From assembly GCA_963555985.3 (NCBI GenBank), contig OY820591.1:736001-800000 (forward strand): a stretch of 64,000 nt of DNA, read 5' to 3'. Positions 31,400 through 41,259 of this stretch are shown one piece after another. A program made the position numbers and the translations under genes. The notes below the pieces were generated by a model. The model made no database searches. It had not been told where the DNA came from and was given only the letters and a program-made list of their open reading frames with translations. Source of the stretch: Dehalococcoidia bacterium (lineage in GTDB: Bacteria; Chloroflexota; Dehalococcoidia; Bin125). Numbering within the stretch: the first letter of the stretch is position 1; each line of letters opens with the position of its first letter.

Positions 31400-31473
31400 T
31401 CGTCGTGCGAAGGGAGCGGAGCGTCGGCGGGTGAAGAGTCTCCGGTCGGCGTTCGCCCCCGCGAGGAACGCCC

Positions 31474-31818
31474 ATGCCCTCCGTCGCCGCGCCCAACGCT
31501 GCCGCCGCCGCTCCTGGCCGCCGCGTCCCCGAGCGCCGCTGCGTGGTCTGTCGCCGCATCGCCGCCCGCGATCAGTTGCGCCGGGTCTCCCGCCGCGCGG
31601 ACGGGCTCATCGCATTTGATCCTGAAGCCCGGCTCGAAGGACGCAGCGCCTATTTCTGCCGTTCGGCGAACTGTGCCCTGGCCGTCGCAACAGACCCGAA
31701 AGGGCTGGCGCGAGCGCTGCGAGCCGCGCCGCCGCAGCGCGTGCTCGACGAAATCGCTCGCCACGCAGACGCGCAATTCACGCTCTCATCCCCGGCTGAC
31801 TGCAAGGAGTCGCTCTAA
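31474..31818 (+). CDS. ylxR: YlxR/RnpM-family RNA-binding protein
   Basis: PERRCVVCR, GRSAYFC; between nusA and infB. Confidence 0.85.
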   Translation: MPSVAAPNAAAAAPGRRVPERRCVVCRRIAARDQLRRVSRRADGLIAFDPEARLEGRSAYFCRSANCALAVATDPKGLARALRAAPPQRVLDEIARHADAQFTLSSPADCKESL

Positions 31819-33647
31819 TGGTGCGCCGCACTGCCGATCCCACCGTTCAAATCCCGCGCACGCTGACCGTGCGCGAACTCGCCGACCTCTTGGGCGACAC
31901 CCCAATCACGATCATCAAAGTGCTGATGACCAACGGCGTGATGGCGAATGTGTCGGAGACGCTCGATTACGGCACCGCCGCCCTGGTGGCGATGGAACGC
32001 GGCTTTGAGCCGGAAGAGCAGGGAGATGCAATCGAGGTCGCGGATGCGCCCTCGACGCTCGACTTGCTCGGCCCCCAGGAGGAAGCGGAGGAAGATCCGG
32101 CGAGTCTGCGCAGCCGGCCGCCGGTCGTGGCCGTGCTCGGCCATGTCGACCACGGCAAGACCTCGCTGCTCGATTACATTCGCCGAGCAAACGTGGCCGA
32201 GGGAGAGGCCGGAGGCATCACTCAGCGCGTGGGCGCGTACCAGGCGGCGGTGGACGAGCGCGTCTTGACCTTCATCGATACGCCGGGCCATGAAGCGTTT
32301 ACCGAGATGCGCGCTCGCGGCGCCCGGGCCACCGATATTGCCGTCTTGGTCGTGGCCGCGAACGACGGCGTGATGCCGCAGACGCGAGAGGCGATCGATC
32401 ACATCCACGCCGCCGGTGTGCCCATGGTGGTCGCGCTGAACAAAATGGACCTCGACAACGTCAACCCCGATCGCGTCAAGGCCGCCCTGGCCGACGCAGA
32501 GGTCGTGGTCGAGGAGTATGGCGGCGACGTGCCGCTCACGCCCGTATCCGCGACCCGCGGTGACGGCATGGACGATCTGCTCGAGACGCTGCTGCTGGTC
32601 GCGGACATTGAGGACTTTCGCGCGAATCCCGATCGTGCCGCCTCCGGTGTCGTGATCGAGGCGGAGTTGGACCGTCGGCAAGGACCGCGAACGACCTTGC
32701 TGGTCCAACACGGAACCCTGCGCCAAGGAGACGCCCTCCTGGTTGGCCAAACCTGGGGCCGGATCAAGGCGATGTCGGACTTCACCGGCAAGCGGATTCA
32801 GGAAGCCGGGCCGTCCATGCCCGTAGTCGTGCTGGGCCTACAGGATGTGGCCGATGCAGGCGACGCCTTCCGCGCGGTGGAGAGCGATCGCGAGGCCAAG
32901 CGCATCTATGAGCAGGCGCGCCGGGAACGCGAAGCGCGCGAAGCGCAATTGCAGCACTCGGCCTCGCTGGATGCGCTCTTCGGCGAAATCTCGCGTGGCG
33001 ATGTCTCGGCCCTGAACCTGATCGTGAAGACCGACGTCGTCGGGTCGGTCGAAGCCTTGCGCGAATCGCTGGAACAGCTCACCAACGAGGAAGTCACGGT
33101 CAAAGTCATTCACGCCGCCGCGGGCGCAGTCTCCGGCAGCGATGTCAACTTGGCGCTCGCCTCCGAGGGTCTGATCATCGCCTTCAACACCACGATCGAG
33201 CCGGGCGCGCAGCGCTTGGCCGAGCAGGAAGGCGTCGAAATCCGCAGCTATTCCATCATCTACCAGGTGATCGAAGAGGTCGAAGCGGCGATCAGCGGGA
33301 TGCTCGAACCCATTCGGATGCAGGTCGTGGACGGGCATGCCGAAGTCCTGCAAGTCTTCCCGATCCGCGGCTTGGGCAACATCGCCGGCTGTCGCGCGCT
33401 GGATGGCCCCATTCGCAGAGACGCCCAAGTGCATCTCTACCGCAACGGCCAGCAGGTGGCCGAATCGACGATCAGCAGTCTGCGCCGCTTCCAGGACGAT
33501 GTGCAGGAGGTCGACGCGGGTCAGGAGTTTGGCGTCGCGCTCGTCCGCTACGACCAGTTCGAGGCCGGCGATCAGCTCGAGTTCTTCCACATCGAGACCC
33601 AGTCGCGGATCGTCCAGGGCGGCGAAATCCGCAACGTGACGCGCTGA
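31818..33647 (+). CDS. infB: Translation initiation factor IF-2
   Basis: [27 protein letters not shown]. Confidence 0.97.
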   Translation: MVRRTADPTVQIPRTLTVRELADLLGDTPITIIKVLMTNGVMANVSETLDYGTAALVAMERGFEPEEQGDAIEVADAPSTLDLLGPQEEAEEDPASLRSRPPVVAVLGHVDHGKTSLLDYIRRANVAEGEAGGITQRVGAYQAAVDERVLTFIDTPGHEAFTEMRARGARATDIAVLVVAANDGVMPQTREAIDHIHAAGVPMVVALNKMDLDNVNPDRVKAALADAEVVVEEYGGDVPLTPVSATRGDGMDDLLETLLLVADIEDFRANPDRAASGVVIEAELDRRQGPRTTLLVQHGTLRQGDALLVGQTWGRIKAMSDFTGKRIQEAGPSMPVVVLGLQDVADAGDAFRAVESDREAKRIYEQARREREAREAQLQHSASLDALFGEISRGDVSALNLIVKTDVVGSVEALRESLEQLTNEEVTVKVIHAAAGAVSGSDVNLALASEGLIIAFNTTIEPGAQRLAEQEGVEIRSYSIIYQVIEEVEAAISGMLEPIRMQVVDGHAEVLQVFPIRGLGNIAGCRALDGPIRRDAQVHLYRNGQQVAESTISSLRRFQDDVQEVDAGQEFGVALVRYDQFEAGDQLEFFHIETQSRIVQGGEIRNVTR

Positions 33648-33650
33648 TCG

Positions 33651-34118
33651 ATGTCACGGCGATCGAGCGACCGCAGCGCTGGACGCAGCTTCGCGCGCCC
33701 GCTCCTTGGCGGCGCCGAGCGCGTCGATCGCATGGCCCGCGTGAATGATCTCCTGCGCGACACGATCGCCGAGGTGGTCGCGGGCGAACTCAAGGACCCG
33801 CGACTCGAAGTCCCGCTGCTGAGCGTGACCGAGGTTCGCGCATCCCGCGATCTCCGCAATGCGCGTGCGTTCGTCTCGGTTCTGACTGATGGCCCGGACG
33901 CGACTGATGATGACGATGATGCCGCCGCCAACGCGATCACGGCCCTGAACAGCGCCGCTCCGTTTGTGCATCGCGTCATTCGCCGCCGCTTACGGATGAA
34001 GCGCGTCCCCTTTGTTGAGTTTGAACTGGACCCCCGAATCGCCGGTTCGGCTGCGCTCCAGGAACGGTTGCGCGAGCTGAACACGAGTCCACCTGCAACG
34101 GAACAGCCGCTGCCATGA
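33651..34118 (+). CDS. rbfA: Ribosome-binding factor A
   Basis: RMARVN, LKDPRL, VTEVRASRDL, RMKRVP.F..D. Confidence 0.9.
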   Translation: MSRRSSDRSAGRSFARPLLGGAERVDRMARVNDLLRDTIAEVVAGELKDPRLEVPLLSVTEVRASRDLRNARAFVSVLTDGPDATDDDDDAAANAITALNSAAPFVHRVIRRRLRMKRVPFVEFELDPRIAGSAALQERLRELNTSPPATEQPLP

Positions 34119-35092
34119 CTGACGCCGCCGCACAATCGGCAGAGACGGAGCGCGCGGAACGCCCCCGTCGCCGGCGCGGATCCCGTCGCCGCCGCGAGTT
34201 CCACCCGGGCGCGGTCTTCCTGGTCGACAAACCCGATGGGCCGACCTCGCACGACGTTGTCAGCAAGCTGCGCCGCTGGACCGGTCTCCGTCGGGTCGGG
34301 CACGGCGGCACCCTCGATCCACTCGCCACCGGACTGCTGCCGGTCTTCGTCGGCGTAGCGACGCGGCTCAATGAGTACCTCACGCCGTACCGGAAGTCAT
34401 ACGAGGCGACTGTGCTCTTGGGAACGAGCACCGACACCGACGACGCCGAGGGCGACGTGATCGCAACCGCGCCGGTTCCCGATCTCTCCGCCGAGCGGAT
34501 CGAGTCCGCACTGGAGGCGTTTCGAGGAGAGATCGCGCAAACGCCCCCGCGCTTCAGCGCCGTCAAGCGCGACGGCGTAGCCGCCCACCGCGCCGCACGC
34601 GCCGGAGAGCCGCTCGAACTAGAGCCGCGCGACGTGACCGTGCATGAGTTGACCCTGACCGCGCTCGCGCTGCCCCGGATCGAACTCTCAATGAGCGTGA
34701 GCACGGGCACCTACGTGCGCGCGATCGCCCGCGATCTGGGTGAGGCGCTGGGAGTCGGCGGGCATGTACTCGCCATGCGCCGGACCGGGATCGGCGAAGT
34801 CCGGGCGGAAGACGGACACACGCTAGACGCCTTGGCCGAGGCTGCGGATGCAGGTGAGATCTGGTCATGCGCGAGTTCACCGGCGGTGCTGTTCGAAGAC
34901 TGGCCGCAGTTTCACCTCGAAGGCGAGCAACTCACGCGCATCCGCCGCGGACAGGCGATCCGCCATCGGCCCATACCCGGCCGCAGCCAGGCGATGGCGC
35001 TCGACCCGGAGGGTCATGTGGTCGCAGTGCTGCGGCACGACCGCCTCGCCGCCGGACGCTGGGAGCCGGAGAAGGTGCTGGCCGGGGCGTAG
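34115..35092 (+). CDS. truB: tRNA pseudouridine(55) synthase
   Basis: DKPDGPTSHDVV, GHGGTLDPLATG, QTPPRFSAVK, GTYVR. Confidence 0.95.
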   Translation: MTDAAAQSAETERAERPRRRRGSRRRREFHPGAVFLVDKPDGPTSHDVVSKLRRWTGLRRVGHGGTLDPLATGLLPVFVGVATRLNEYLTPYRKSYEATVLLGTSTDTDDAEGDVIATAPVPDLSAERIESALEAFRGEIAQTPPRFSAVKRDGVAAHRAARAGEPLELEPRDVTVHELTLTALALPRIELSMSVSTGTYVRAIARDLGEALGVGGHVLAMRRTGIGEVRAEDGHTLDALAEAADAGEIWSCASSPAVLFEDWPQFHLEGEQLTRIRRGQAIRHRPIPGRSQAMALDPEGHVVAVLRHDRLAAGRWEPEKVLAGA

Positions 35093-35097
35093 GCGCA

Positions 35098-35412
35098 TCA
35101 GTTGGGCGCGGACGGCGGCGGTGCCGGAGTTGAGAAGACGAAGGCGAGCGCGTCATCGACGGCTACCAGCGAGTAGGCCTCGCCGTTCTGCAAGAAGACC
35201 CCTTCGCCGGGTGCGAGTTCGGCGTCGTCGTCGCTGACGCCGACCTGTAGTTGCCCGTCAACCACGATCAGCATTGAGGGCGCGTTGGCGATCCGGTTGA
35301 GCAGCGAGCGTCCGGCGGGGAGGCGGATTGCTTCGGCGTTGAGGGTGGTGGACTGTTCGGGGTCGCGCAGGGATTGCGCGAGGGCGCTCGCCTGGATTCG
35401 GAGCAACGGCAT
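35098..35412 (-). CDS. Small cupin-like protein
   Basis: LIVVDGQL.V, LAPGEGVFL beta-barrel pattern; co-oriented with acpP. Confidence 0.6.
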   Translation of the reverse strand: MPLLRIQASALAQSLRDPEQSTTLNAEAIRLPAGRSLLNRIANAPSMLIVVDGQLQVGVSDDDAELAPGEGVFLQNGEAYSLVAVDDALAFVFSTPAPPPSAPN

Positions 35413-35429
35413 TGCAGCGCGGGGTCGGC

Positions 35430-35711
35430 TCAGTCGCCGGCGACGCCGGCGTTGGCGAGGTAGTTGAGCAAGTCCTGGACGGAGCGAATTTCGGCGGCGT
35501 CTTCTTCCGGGATTTCGAGTTGGATTTCGTCGGTGGAGAACTCTTCTTCGACTGCGATGGTGAGGTCGACGATGTCGAGCGAATCGGCTTCGAGGTCGTC
35601 AATCAGGTGGGCGTCGGTGGTGACGTTGTCGAGCGGCTGCCGGAGCTGGTCGGCGACGAGTTGGCGGACGCGAAGTTCAAAGCTGTTGGGTTCGCTGCTC
35701 ATAGGGGCCAC
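35430..35711 (-). CDS. acpP: Acyl carrier protein
   Basis: DDLEADSLDIV, EEEF, IPEEDA. Confidence 0.92.
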   Translation of the reverse strand: MAPMSSEPNSFELRVRQLVADQLRQPLDNVTTDAHLIDDLEADSLDIVDLTIAVEEEFSTDEIQLEIPEEDAAEIRSVQDLLNYLANAGVAGD

Positions 35712-35754
35712 TCTCCGATTGGGCCGCGGGCGGACTGATGCGGTCGCTCAGAGA

Positions 35755-37023
35755 TTAGTCATTCACCCGCGTGAGCGCGACTACTCCGTTCTGGCCGCCG
35801 AAGCCAAAGCCGTTTACCAACGCCGCCTCGAACGCGCAGTCGCGCGCCTCGTTGGGAACGTAATCGAGGTCGCATTCGGGATCGGGGAACTCATGGTTGA
35901 TCGTGGGAGGGAGAACGCCGTGATAGAGCGCGAGCGCGGTAGCGGCGGTAGAGATCGCCCCGGCTGCGCCCATCAGGTGACCAGTCATGCTTTTGACGGA
36001 ACTGACGGCGAGTTGATCGGCGTGAGCGCCGAAGACATCGCGGATGGCGCGGGTCTCGACGGCATCGTTGAGGGGTGTGGAGGTGCCGTGGGCGCAGATG
36101 TAGCCGACGGATTCGGGTTCGAGTTGGGCGTTGCGGAGCGCCGTGCGCATGGCGCGGGCGGCGCCGTCGCCGGTCGGATCGGGAGCGGTGATGTGATAGG
36201 CGTCGGCGCTGCGCCCGCCGCCGCGGATTTCGGCGTAGATGCGAGCTTCGCGGGCGCGGGCGGCAGCGAGCGATTCGACGATGCAGATCACCGCCCCCTC
36301 GCCGAAGACGAAGCCATCGCGCTCGCGGTCGAAGGGACGGGAGGCCGCTTCGGGATCGTCGTTGCGGCGCGAGAGCGCCTGCATATTGGCGAGGCCAGAG
36401 ATGCCCAGCGCGGAGACGTTCGACTCCGTGCCGCCGGCGAGGGCCCAGTCGGCTTCGCCGGTGAGGAGCAACTGGCGGGCGTCGATGAAGGCGTAGATGC
36501 TCGCGGCGCAGGCGGCCAGCGAGGTGATCGCGGGTCCGCGCAGCCCCAATTCGATAGAGACCTGGCAGGAGGCCATGTTGCCGGCCATCATCGGCACAAA
36601 GAGGGCTGAGACGCGGCCGGGGCCTTTCTGATTCAGGACTTCGGTTTGCTGGGCGATGGTGGTGACGCCGCCGCCGCCGGTGTTGACGACCGAGGCGACA
36701 CGCTCGGGATCGCTTTCGCTGAGATCGATGCCGGCATCCTCAATGGCGAGCCGGGATGCAGCGACGGCAAGCTGGGAGAAGCGCGCCATCCGCCGCGCCG
36801 CCTTGCTCTCCATGTACTCCGAGGCCTGAAACTCGGGCACATCCGCCGCGATCTGCACCTTCAGTCCCGCCTCTTCCAATTCGGGCACGCGGCGGACGCC
36901 GGAACGCCCCTCGCTCAGCGAGGCCCAGAACTGATCAACGCCGATCCCGATCGGGGTCACCGGCCCGATGCCGGTGATGACCATGCGTTGGTTGGGGTCG
37001 AGGTTGGCGGTGGTGTGAGTCAC
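35755..37023 (-). CDS. fabF: Beta-ketoacyl-ACP synthase II
   Basis: VITGIG, AACAAS, AHGTSTPLND, KSMTGHLMGAAG, NGFGFGGQN. Confidence 0.93.
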   Translation of the reverse strand: MTHTTANLDPNQRMVITGIGPVTPIGIGVDQFWASLSEGRSGVRRVPELEEAGLKVQIAADVPEFQASEYMESKAARRMARFSQLAVAASRLAIEDAGIDLSESDPERVASVVNTGGGGVTTIAQQTEVLNQKGPGRVSALFVPMMAGNMASCQVSIELGLRGPAITSLAACAASIYAFIDARQLLLTGEADWALAGGTESNVSALGISGLANMQALSRRNDDPEAASRPFDRERDGFVFGEGAVICIVESLAAARAREARIYAEIRGGGRSADAYHITAPDPTGDGAARAMRTALRNAQLEPESVGYICAHGTSTPLNDAVETRAIRDVFGAHADQLAVSSVKSMTGHLMGAAGAISTAATALALYHGVLPPTINHEFPDPECDLDYVPNEARDCAFEAALVNGFGFGGQNGVVALTRVND

Positions 37024-38267
37024 TCGGAGTAGCGCTTCAAGAGGACAGCGGAGTTGTGTCCGCCGAGGCCGACGGAGAAGGAGAGAGCGGCCTTGGTGTG
37101 GAGTTCACGCGCCTCGTTTGGGATGACATCCAGGTCGAGTTCCGGATCGGGTGTGTGGTGATTGAGGGTCGGGGGGGCGACATTGTCCTTGAGCGTCATT
37201 GCGGCGACGATCACCTCCAGTGCGCCCGACGCGCCCATCATGTGCCCGGTGGCCGGTTTGATCGAGGAGAGCGCCAGATCGTAGGCGTGGGAACCGAACA
37301 TCCGCTTGAGCGCCGTGATCTCTACTTGGTCGCCCAGTTTGGTCGCAGTGCCGTGGGTGGAGACGTAGCCGATCTCGGTTGAGTCGATGCCGGACTCGTC
37401 CAGCGCCTGCCGGACGCTGACCATGAGGCCGCGGCCGTGACTCTCGGGCTGGGCGATGTCGTGGGCGTCGTTGGCGCTGCCGCCGCCGACCACTTCGGCG
37501 TAGATGGGCGCGTTGCGGGCCAGCGCGTGCTCGAGGTCTTCGATCATCATCGCCGCCGCGCCCTCGCCAGGGACGAACCCGTTGCGGTCTAGATCGTAGG
37601 GCTGACAGGAGGCGCTGAGCGGCTCGGCCGGTGTTGCGAGCACGCCCATGCGCTCGAAACAGATATGGAAGAGTGGCAGAATGATCGCCTCCGAGCCGCC
37701 GACGATCAGCGCGTCGGCGCGTCCGGCCTTGATGTGCAACATACCGTCGGCGACGGCGTTTGCCCCGGTTGCGCAGGCGCTGGTGGGAGAGTAGTTGGGC
37801 CCGGTCGCGCCGGTGGCGATCGAGAGATGTCCGCTCGCCGCGTCTGCGATCAGATTGGGCATGGCAAAGGGAGAGACGCGCCGCGCGCCGCGGTCGATGA
37901 GCCGTTGCTGCCAATGCGTGACGAGTTCCATGCCGCCGCCGCCGGAGCCGAAGATGATGCCGACGCGGTGCTGATTGTCGTCGCTGATCTCGAGTTGGCT
38001 ATCGGCGAGCGCTTCCAGTCCGGCGGCCATCCCGTACTGGGTGTTGAGATCCATGTGGCGCAGCGCTTTGGCGTCGGGCAGAAGCGCTTCCGCGTCGAAG
38101 TCGCGCACCTGCGCGGCGAGCGGAACCTTCGCGCCCCATTCGTCGGGATCGAAACGATCGAGCCGCGCGACCCCGCTCTGACCATCCAGCAGCGCCTGCC
38201 AGGTGCTGGGCAGATCGTTGCCGACGGGCGTGACCGCGCCCACGCCGGTGATGACCACCCGTTTCAC
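37020..38267 (-). CDS. fabF: Beta-ketoacyl-ACP synthase II paralog
   Basis: RVVITGVG, SACATG, HGTAT, GHMMGASG, GLGGHN. Confidence 0.88.
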   Translation of the reverse strand: MKRVVITGVGAVTPVGNDLPSTWQALLDGQSGVARLDRFDPDEWGAKVPLAAQVRDFDAEALLPDAKALRHMDLNTQYGMAAGLEALADSQLEISDDNQHRVGIIFGSGGGGMELVTHWQQRLIDRGARRVSPFAMPNLIADAASGHLSIATGATGPNYSPTSACATGANAVADGMLHIKAGRADALIVGGSEAIILPLFHICFERMGVLATPAEPLSASCQPYDLDRNGFVPGEGAAAMMIEDLEHALARNAPIYAEVVGGGSANDAHDIAQPESHGRGLMVSVRQALDESGIDSTEIGYVSTHGTATKLGDQVEITALKRMFGSHAYDLALSSIKPATGHMMGASGALEVIVAAMTLKDNVAPPTLNHHTPDPELDLDVIPNEARELHTKAALSFSVGLGGHNSAVLLKRYSE

Positions 38268-38307
38268 GAGCAGCTTCCTTCAGGACTGAGTGACTGAGTT
38301 GAGCGGA

Positions 38308-39342
38308 TCACTTGGGGATGCCGTCGCTCTTGTCGGGATAGTTGCGTTGGCGCAGACCGTGGTCCTCGTCGGAGAGTGGGAACGTCCAGGAGGTGCGCGA
38401 AATCCGCCGCACGAGTTTGGAGAGCACATCGCCCGGCCCCGCCTCAACGAAGAGGGTCGCGCCCTGGGACGCCATCGTCTTGACCGCCTGCTGCCACTGC
38501 ACCGGCGAGCAGAGCGCCTGCGAGAGTTCGTCCGCCAGTTGCTCTTTGGTCAGCATCAGACCGCCGGAGATGTTGCTGACGACCGGCACGACCGGATCGC
38601 GCCAGTTGACCGCCTGGACGGCGTGCTGGAACTGGGTCTGGGCGTCGGCCATGAGGGGGGAGTGGGAGGCGATCGAGATCGGCAGTCTCACGACGCGCCG
38701 CGCCCCATGCTCGTCGGCCAGGCGCATGAGCTTGCGCAGCGGGGCTTCGTCGCCGGAGACGACGGTTTGTCCGGGGCAGTTGTCGTTGGCGACGACGATG
38801 GTGCCCTCATCGCCTGCTTCGCCAACAAGTTTGCGCAGCGCGCGATCGCGCAGGCCGATGATCGAAGCCATCCCGCCGGGGCGGATCGAATCGGCGTCGC
38901 GCATCAGCTCGGCGCGCCGCTTGACCAGGCGGAGGGCGTCGTCGAAGTCGACCGCTCGGGCGGCGAGCATCGCGGTGATCTGGCCCATGCTGTGTCCCGA
39001 GACGACATTGGGTGCGAGCACGCGCCCGGAGGCGGCCCACTTCTCGCGCAGCGCTTCGAGCCAGGCGACGCTGGCGACGAAGATGGCGGGCTGGGAGTGG
39101 GTGGTGTCGTTGAGTTGCTCGGAGGGTCCGTGCTCGATCAGGTGCAGCAGGTCGTAGCCGAGCACCTCATTGGCGCGCTGGAACCAGTGCTCCGCACCGG
39201 GGTAGACGGCGAGCACCTTGCTGGCCATGCCGACTGATTGCGAACCCTGGCCAGGGAAGAGGAGCGCGTACTCCTCATCTGCACTGGCAGGGTCGGTGAA
39301 TGGATCTGTGGTCTCGTCCGTCACCGGACTCTGGCTGGTCAT
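38308..39342 (-). CDS. fabD: Malonyl-CoA:ACP transacylase
   Basis: FPGQGSQ, GHSMG, ANDNCPGQ, ASHSPLM, EAGPG. Confidence 0.93.
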   Translation of the reverse strand: MTSQSPVTDETTDPFTDPASADEEYALLFPGQGSQSVGMASKVLAVYPGAEHWFQRANEVLGYDLLHLIEHGPSEQLNDTTHSQPAIFVASVAWLEALREKWAASGRVLAPNVVSGHSMGQITAMLAARAVDFDDALRLVKRRAELMRDADSIRPGGMASIIGLRDRALRKLVGEAGDEGTIVVANDNCPGQTVVSGDEAPLRKLMRLADEHGARRVVRLPISIASHSPLMADAQTQFQHAVQAVNWRDPVVPVVSNISGGLMLTKEQLADELSQALCSPVQWQQAVKTMASQGATLFVEAGPGDVLSKLVRRISRTSWTFPLSDEDHGLRQRNYPDKSDGIPK

Positions 39343-39443
39343 GTCGGCTCCTTCGGCGGCCTGACCGTGCGCGGACGGCATTGCACCGAGCGCGCGGTAC
39401 CTAATTCTAACCGTGTCTGTGCGTATCGTGGGTGACGTTGGGT

Positions 39444-39629
39444 TCAGGCCCCGCCGTAGCCGAGCAGGTGGAGGCGGTCCGCCTGCTTGGAGGCGGATTT
39501 GGGGGGCACGGCGGAGAATGCCCGGTAGAGCTCGCGTTGCCGATCGGTCGGAAAAAAACGGCGGTCTTGGTGGAGGAGGCGAAAGAGCTCCTCCGTCCGC
39601 CCGGCTGGGGTATTACAAAGGGTCTGCAT
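39444..39629 (-). pseudogene. N-terminal stub of terminase large subunit-like ATPase (cassette B)
   Basis: RRFFPTDRQRELY...LLGYGGA-stop, homologous to 23829-24092; ends inside Walker A. Confidence 0.6.
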
Positions 39630-39948
39630 CCTCTTCGCCGCCTTCCTCTTCGTCATCCTCCGAGGGAAGCTCGCCGCCGCGCTGGAGGATGCGCACTTTC
39701 TGGATGTTGGTGAGCTTCTTCTTCTTGGGTTTGCCGTTCGTCTCCGGTTCGCCGAGGATCGGCTCGGCCAGGCGCTTGGCCAGGTCCTTGGTCTGGTCGT
39801 AGAGGCCGAGGATGCGGGCGAGCGCGTTGGTCGCCTGGTGCTGGATGTAGGGGGGTCCGTTGTTGGCCTGGTGCTGGAGCTTGGCGACGACGGCCTTGGG
39901 CGAGAAGGGGAGGGGCGGGTTGTAGATGGCGCTGGGGCAGGCGGTCAT
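39613..39948 (-). CDS. Hypothetical acidic-tailed protein, candidate small-terminase-like (cassette B)
   Basis: SD aaagga + ATG 39948; ALARILGLY segment; EDDEEEGGEED tail overlapping the stub start. Confidence 0.55.
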   Translation of the reverse strand: MTACPSAIYNPPLPFSPKAVVAKLQHQANNGPPYIQHQATNALARILGLYDQTKDLAKRLAEPILGEPETNGKPKKKKLTNIQKVRILQRGGELPSEDDEEEGGEEDADPL

Positions 39949-39980
39949 GGGGTGTCCTTTCTTGGAGGTTCTCGGACTGA

Positions 39981-40012
39981 TGATCTTATATGGATGAATG
40001 TTCGATTGGCAA
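39981..40012 (-). promoter_or_regulatory. Putative sigma70 promoter of cassette B with degenerate SOS-like box
   Basis: TTGCCA-N18-TAAGAT on minus strand with CGAACATTCATCC in the spacer. Confidence 0.55.
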
Positions 40013-40065
40013 GTTGGGGGTGTGTTGTGGTTGTCGGAAGGCGCATGTGGGTTCTGTTGGGTTGC

Positions 40066-40313
40066 GGCGTTTTCACCCCCTCTGTCACTTCGTGACATCT
40101 CCCCCTCAAGGGGGAGAGGGGGGAAGGGGAGAGGAGAGTTGTTGGGCGGCGTTTGTGCTGGTTGGGGGCGTTTCACCCCCTCTGCCCCTTCGGGGCATCT
40201 CCCCCTCAAGGGGGAGATTTTGGGGGAGGTGGGGTTTGGGGGTTGGTAGTCGTCATGGCGAGTGATCCCCGCCTTCGCGGGGACAGGCTCCGCGACGGAG
40301 CGCGGGTATGACG
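40066..40313 (-). repeat. REP cluster: two family 2 units plus one family 1 unit
   Basis: Inverted near-copy of 23205-23348 with an extra family 2 hairpin. Confidence 0.85.
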
Positions 40314-40346
40314 GAGCTTGTTGTGGAGGGATGGCGCGCGGGTCTG

Positions 40347-41099
40347 TTAGGCGGTGACCATGCCGCCGTCGACGTGGATGGTTTGGGCGGTGATGTAGCG
40401 TCCTCCGGGGCCGGCGAGGAAGGCGACTAGGGGGGCTACGTCTTCGGGGTCTCCGAGGCGTTCGAGGGGGATGCGTTCGAGCACGGCTGCGACTTGTTCT
40501 TCGCTGAGGTCGGCGGTGATGTCGGTTTGGATGAAGCCTGGTGCGACGAGGTTGACGGTGATGTTGCGGCTGCCGAGTTCTTTGGCGAGCGAGCGGGTGA
40601 GTCCGCCGAGGCCGGCCTTGGCGGCGGCGTAGTTGATCTGTCCGGGGTTGCCGATCGAGCCGATCACGGAGCCGATCGTGATGATGCGTCCCTGGCGGGC
40701 GCGGATCATGCCGCGCAGGAAGGCCTGGGTGACGAGGAAGGCGCCGGTGAGGTTGGTATCGAGGACGGCGCCCCACTCGGCCGCTTTCATGCGCATGGCG
40801 AGGGTGTCGCGGGTGATGCCGGCGTTGTTGACGAGGATCGTGGGCGCTCCGAGTTCGCTCAGGATCGCCTTGCGCATGTCGTCGACCTGGTCGGCGTCGC
40901 TGACATCGGCGCGGACGGGGAGGGCGTTGCGTCCGAGTTGTTGGATTTCGGCGGCGACTTCGAGGGCGGCGTCTTCGGAGGAGACGTAGTTGACAGCCAC
41001 ATCCGCGCCCCGCTGCGCCAGTTCGAGCGCAATCGCGCGCCCAATCCCGCGCGACCCGCCCGTGACCAAGGCAATCTGTCCGCTGAGTTCGTCGCTCAC
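40347..41099 (-). CDS. fabG: 3-oxoacyl-ACP reductase
   Basis: TGGSRGIG, NNAGITRD, GQINYAAAK, VAPGFI. Confidence 0.95.
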   Translation of the reverse strand: MSDELSGQIALVTGGSRGIGRAIALELAQRGADVAVNYVSSEDAALEVAAEIQQLGRNALPVRADVSDADQVDDMRKAILSELGAPTILVNNAGITRDTLAMRMKAAEWGAVLDTNLTGAFLVTQAFLRGMIRARQGRIITIGSVIGSIGNPGQINYAAAKAGLGGLTRSLAKELGSRNITVNLVAPGFIQTDITADLSEEQVAAVLERIPLERLGDPEDVAPLVAFLAGPGGRYITAQTIHVDGGMVTA

Positions 41100-41259
41100 G
41101 CTGATTCCGTCCCGGGTCGGCTCGGGCTGGAGCTCAACACTCCCGCACGACCGCGCCTGCATCCCATTTCATATGTCTGTAACATACCCGCAGACGGCAC
41201 GGGCGACACTGATCCGACCGGATGCGGGCCGCAGTCGCTGCGGAACTGAGGGGGCGACG

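Noticed and set aside
39613-40776. 387-aa ORF
   Set aside because: Upstream part overlaps fabG off-frame and runs through REP hairpins; only 39613-39948 has an SD and plausible protein
41168-41200. GlnR/TnrA box upstream of amtB
   Set aside because: tgtctgtaaca and gtaac-N6-gcaga do not match the consensus spacing or sequence well enough
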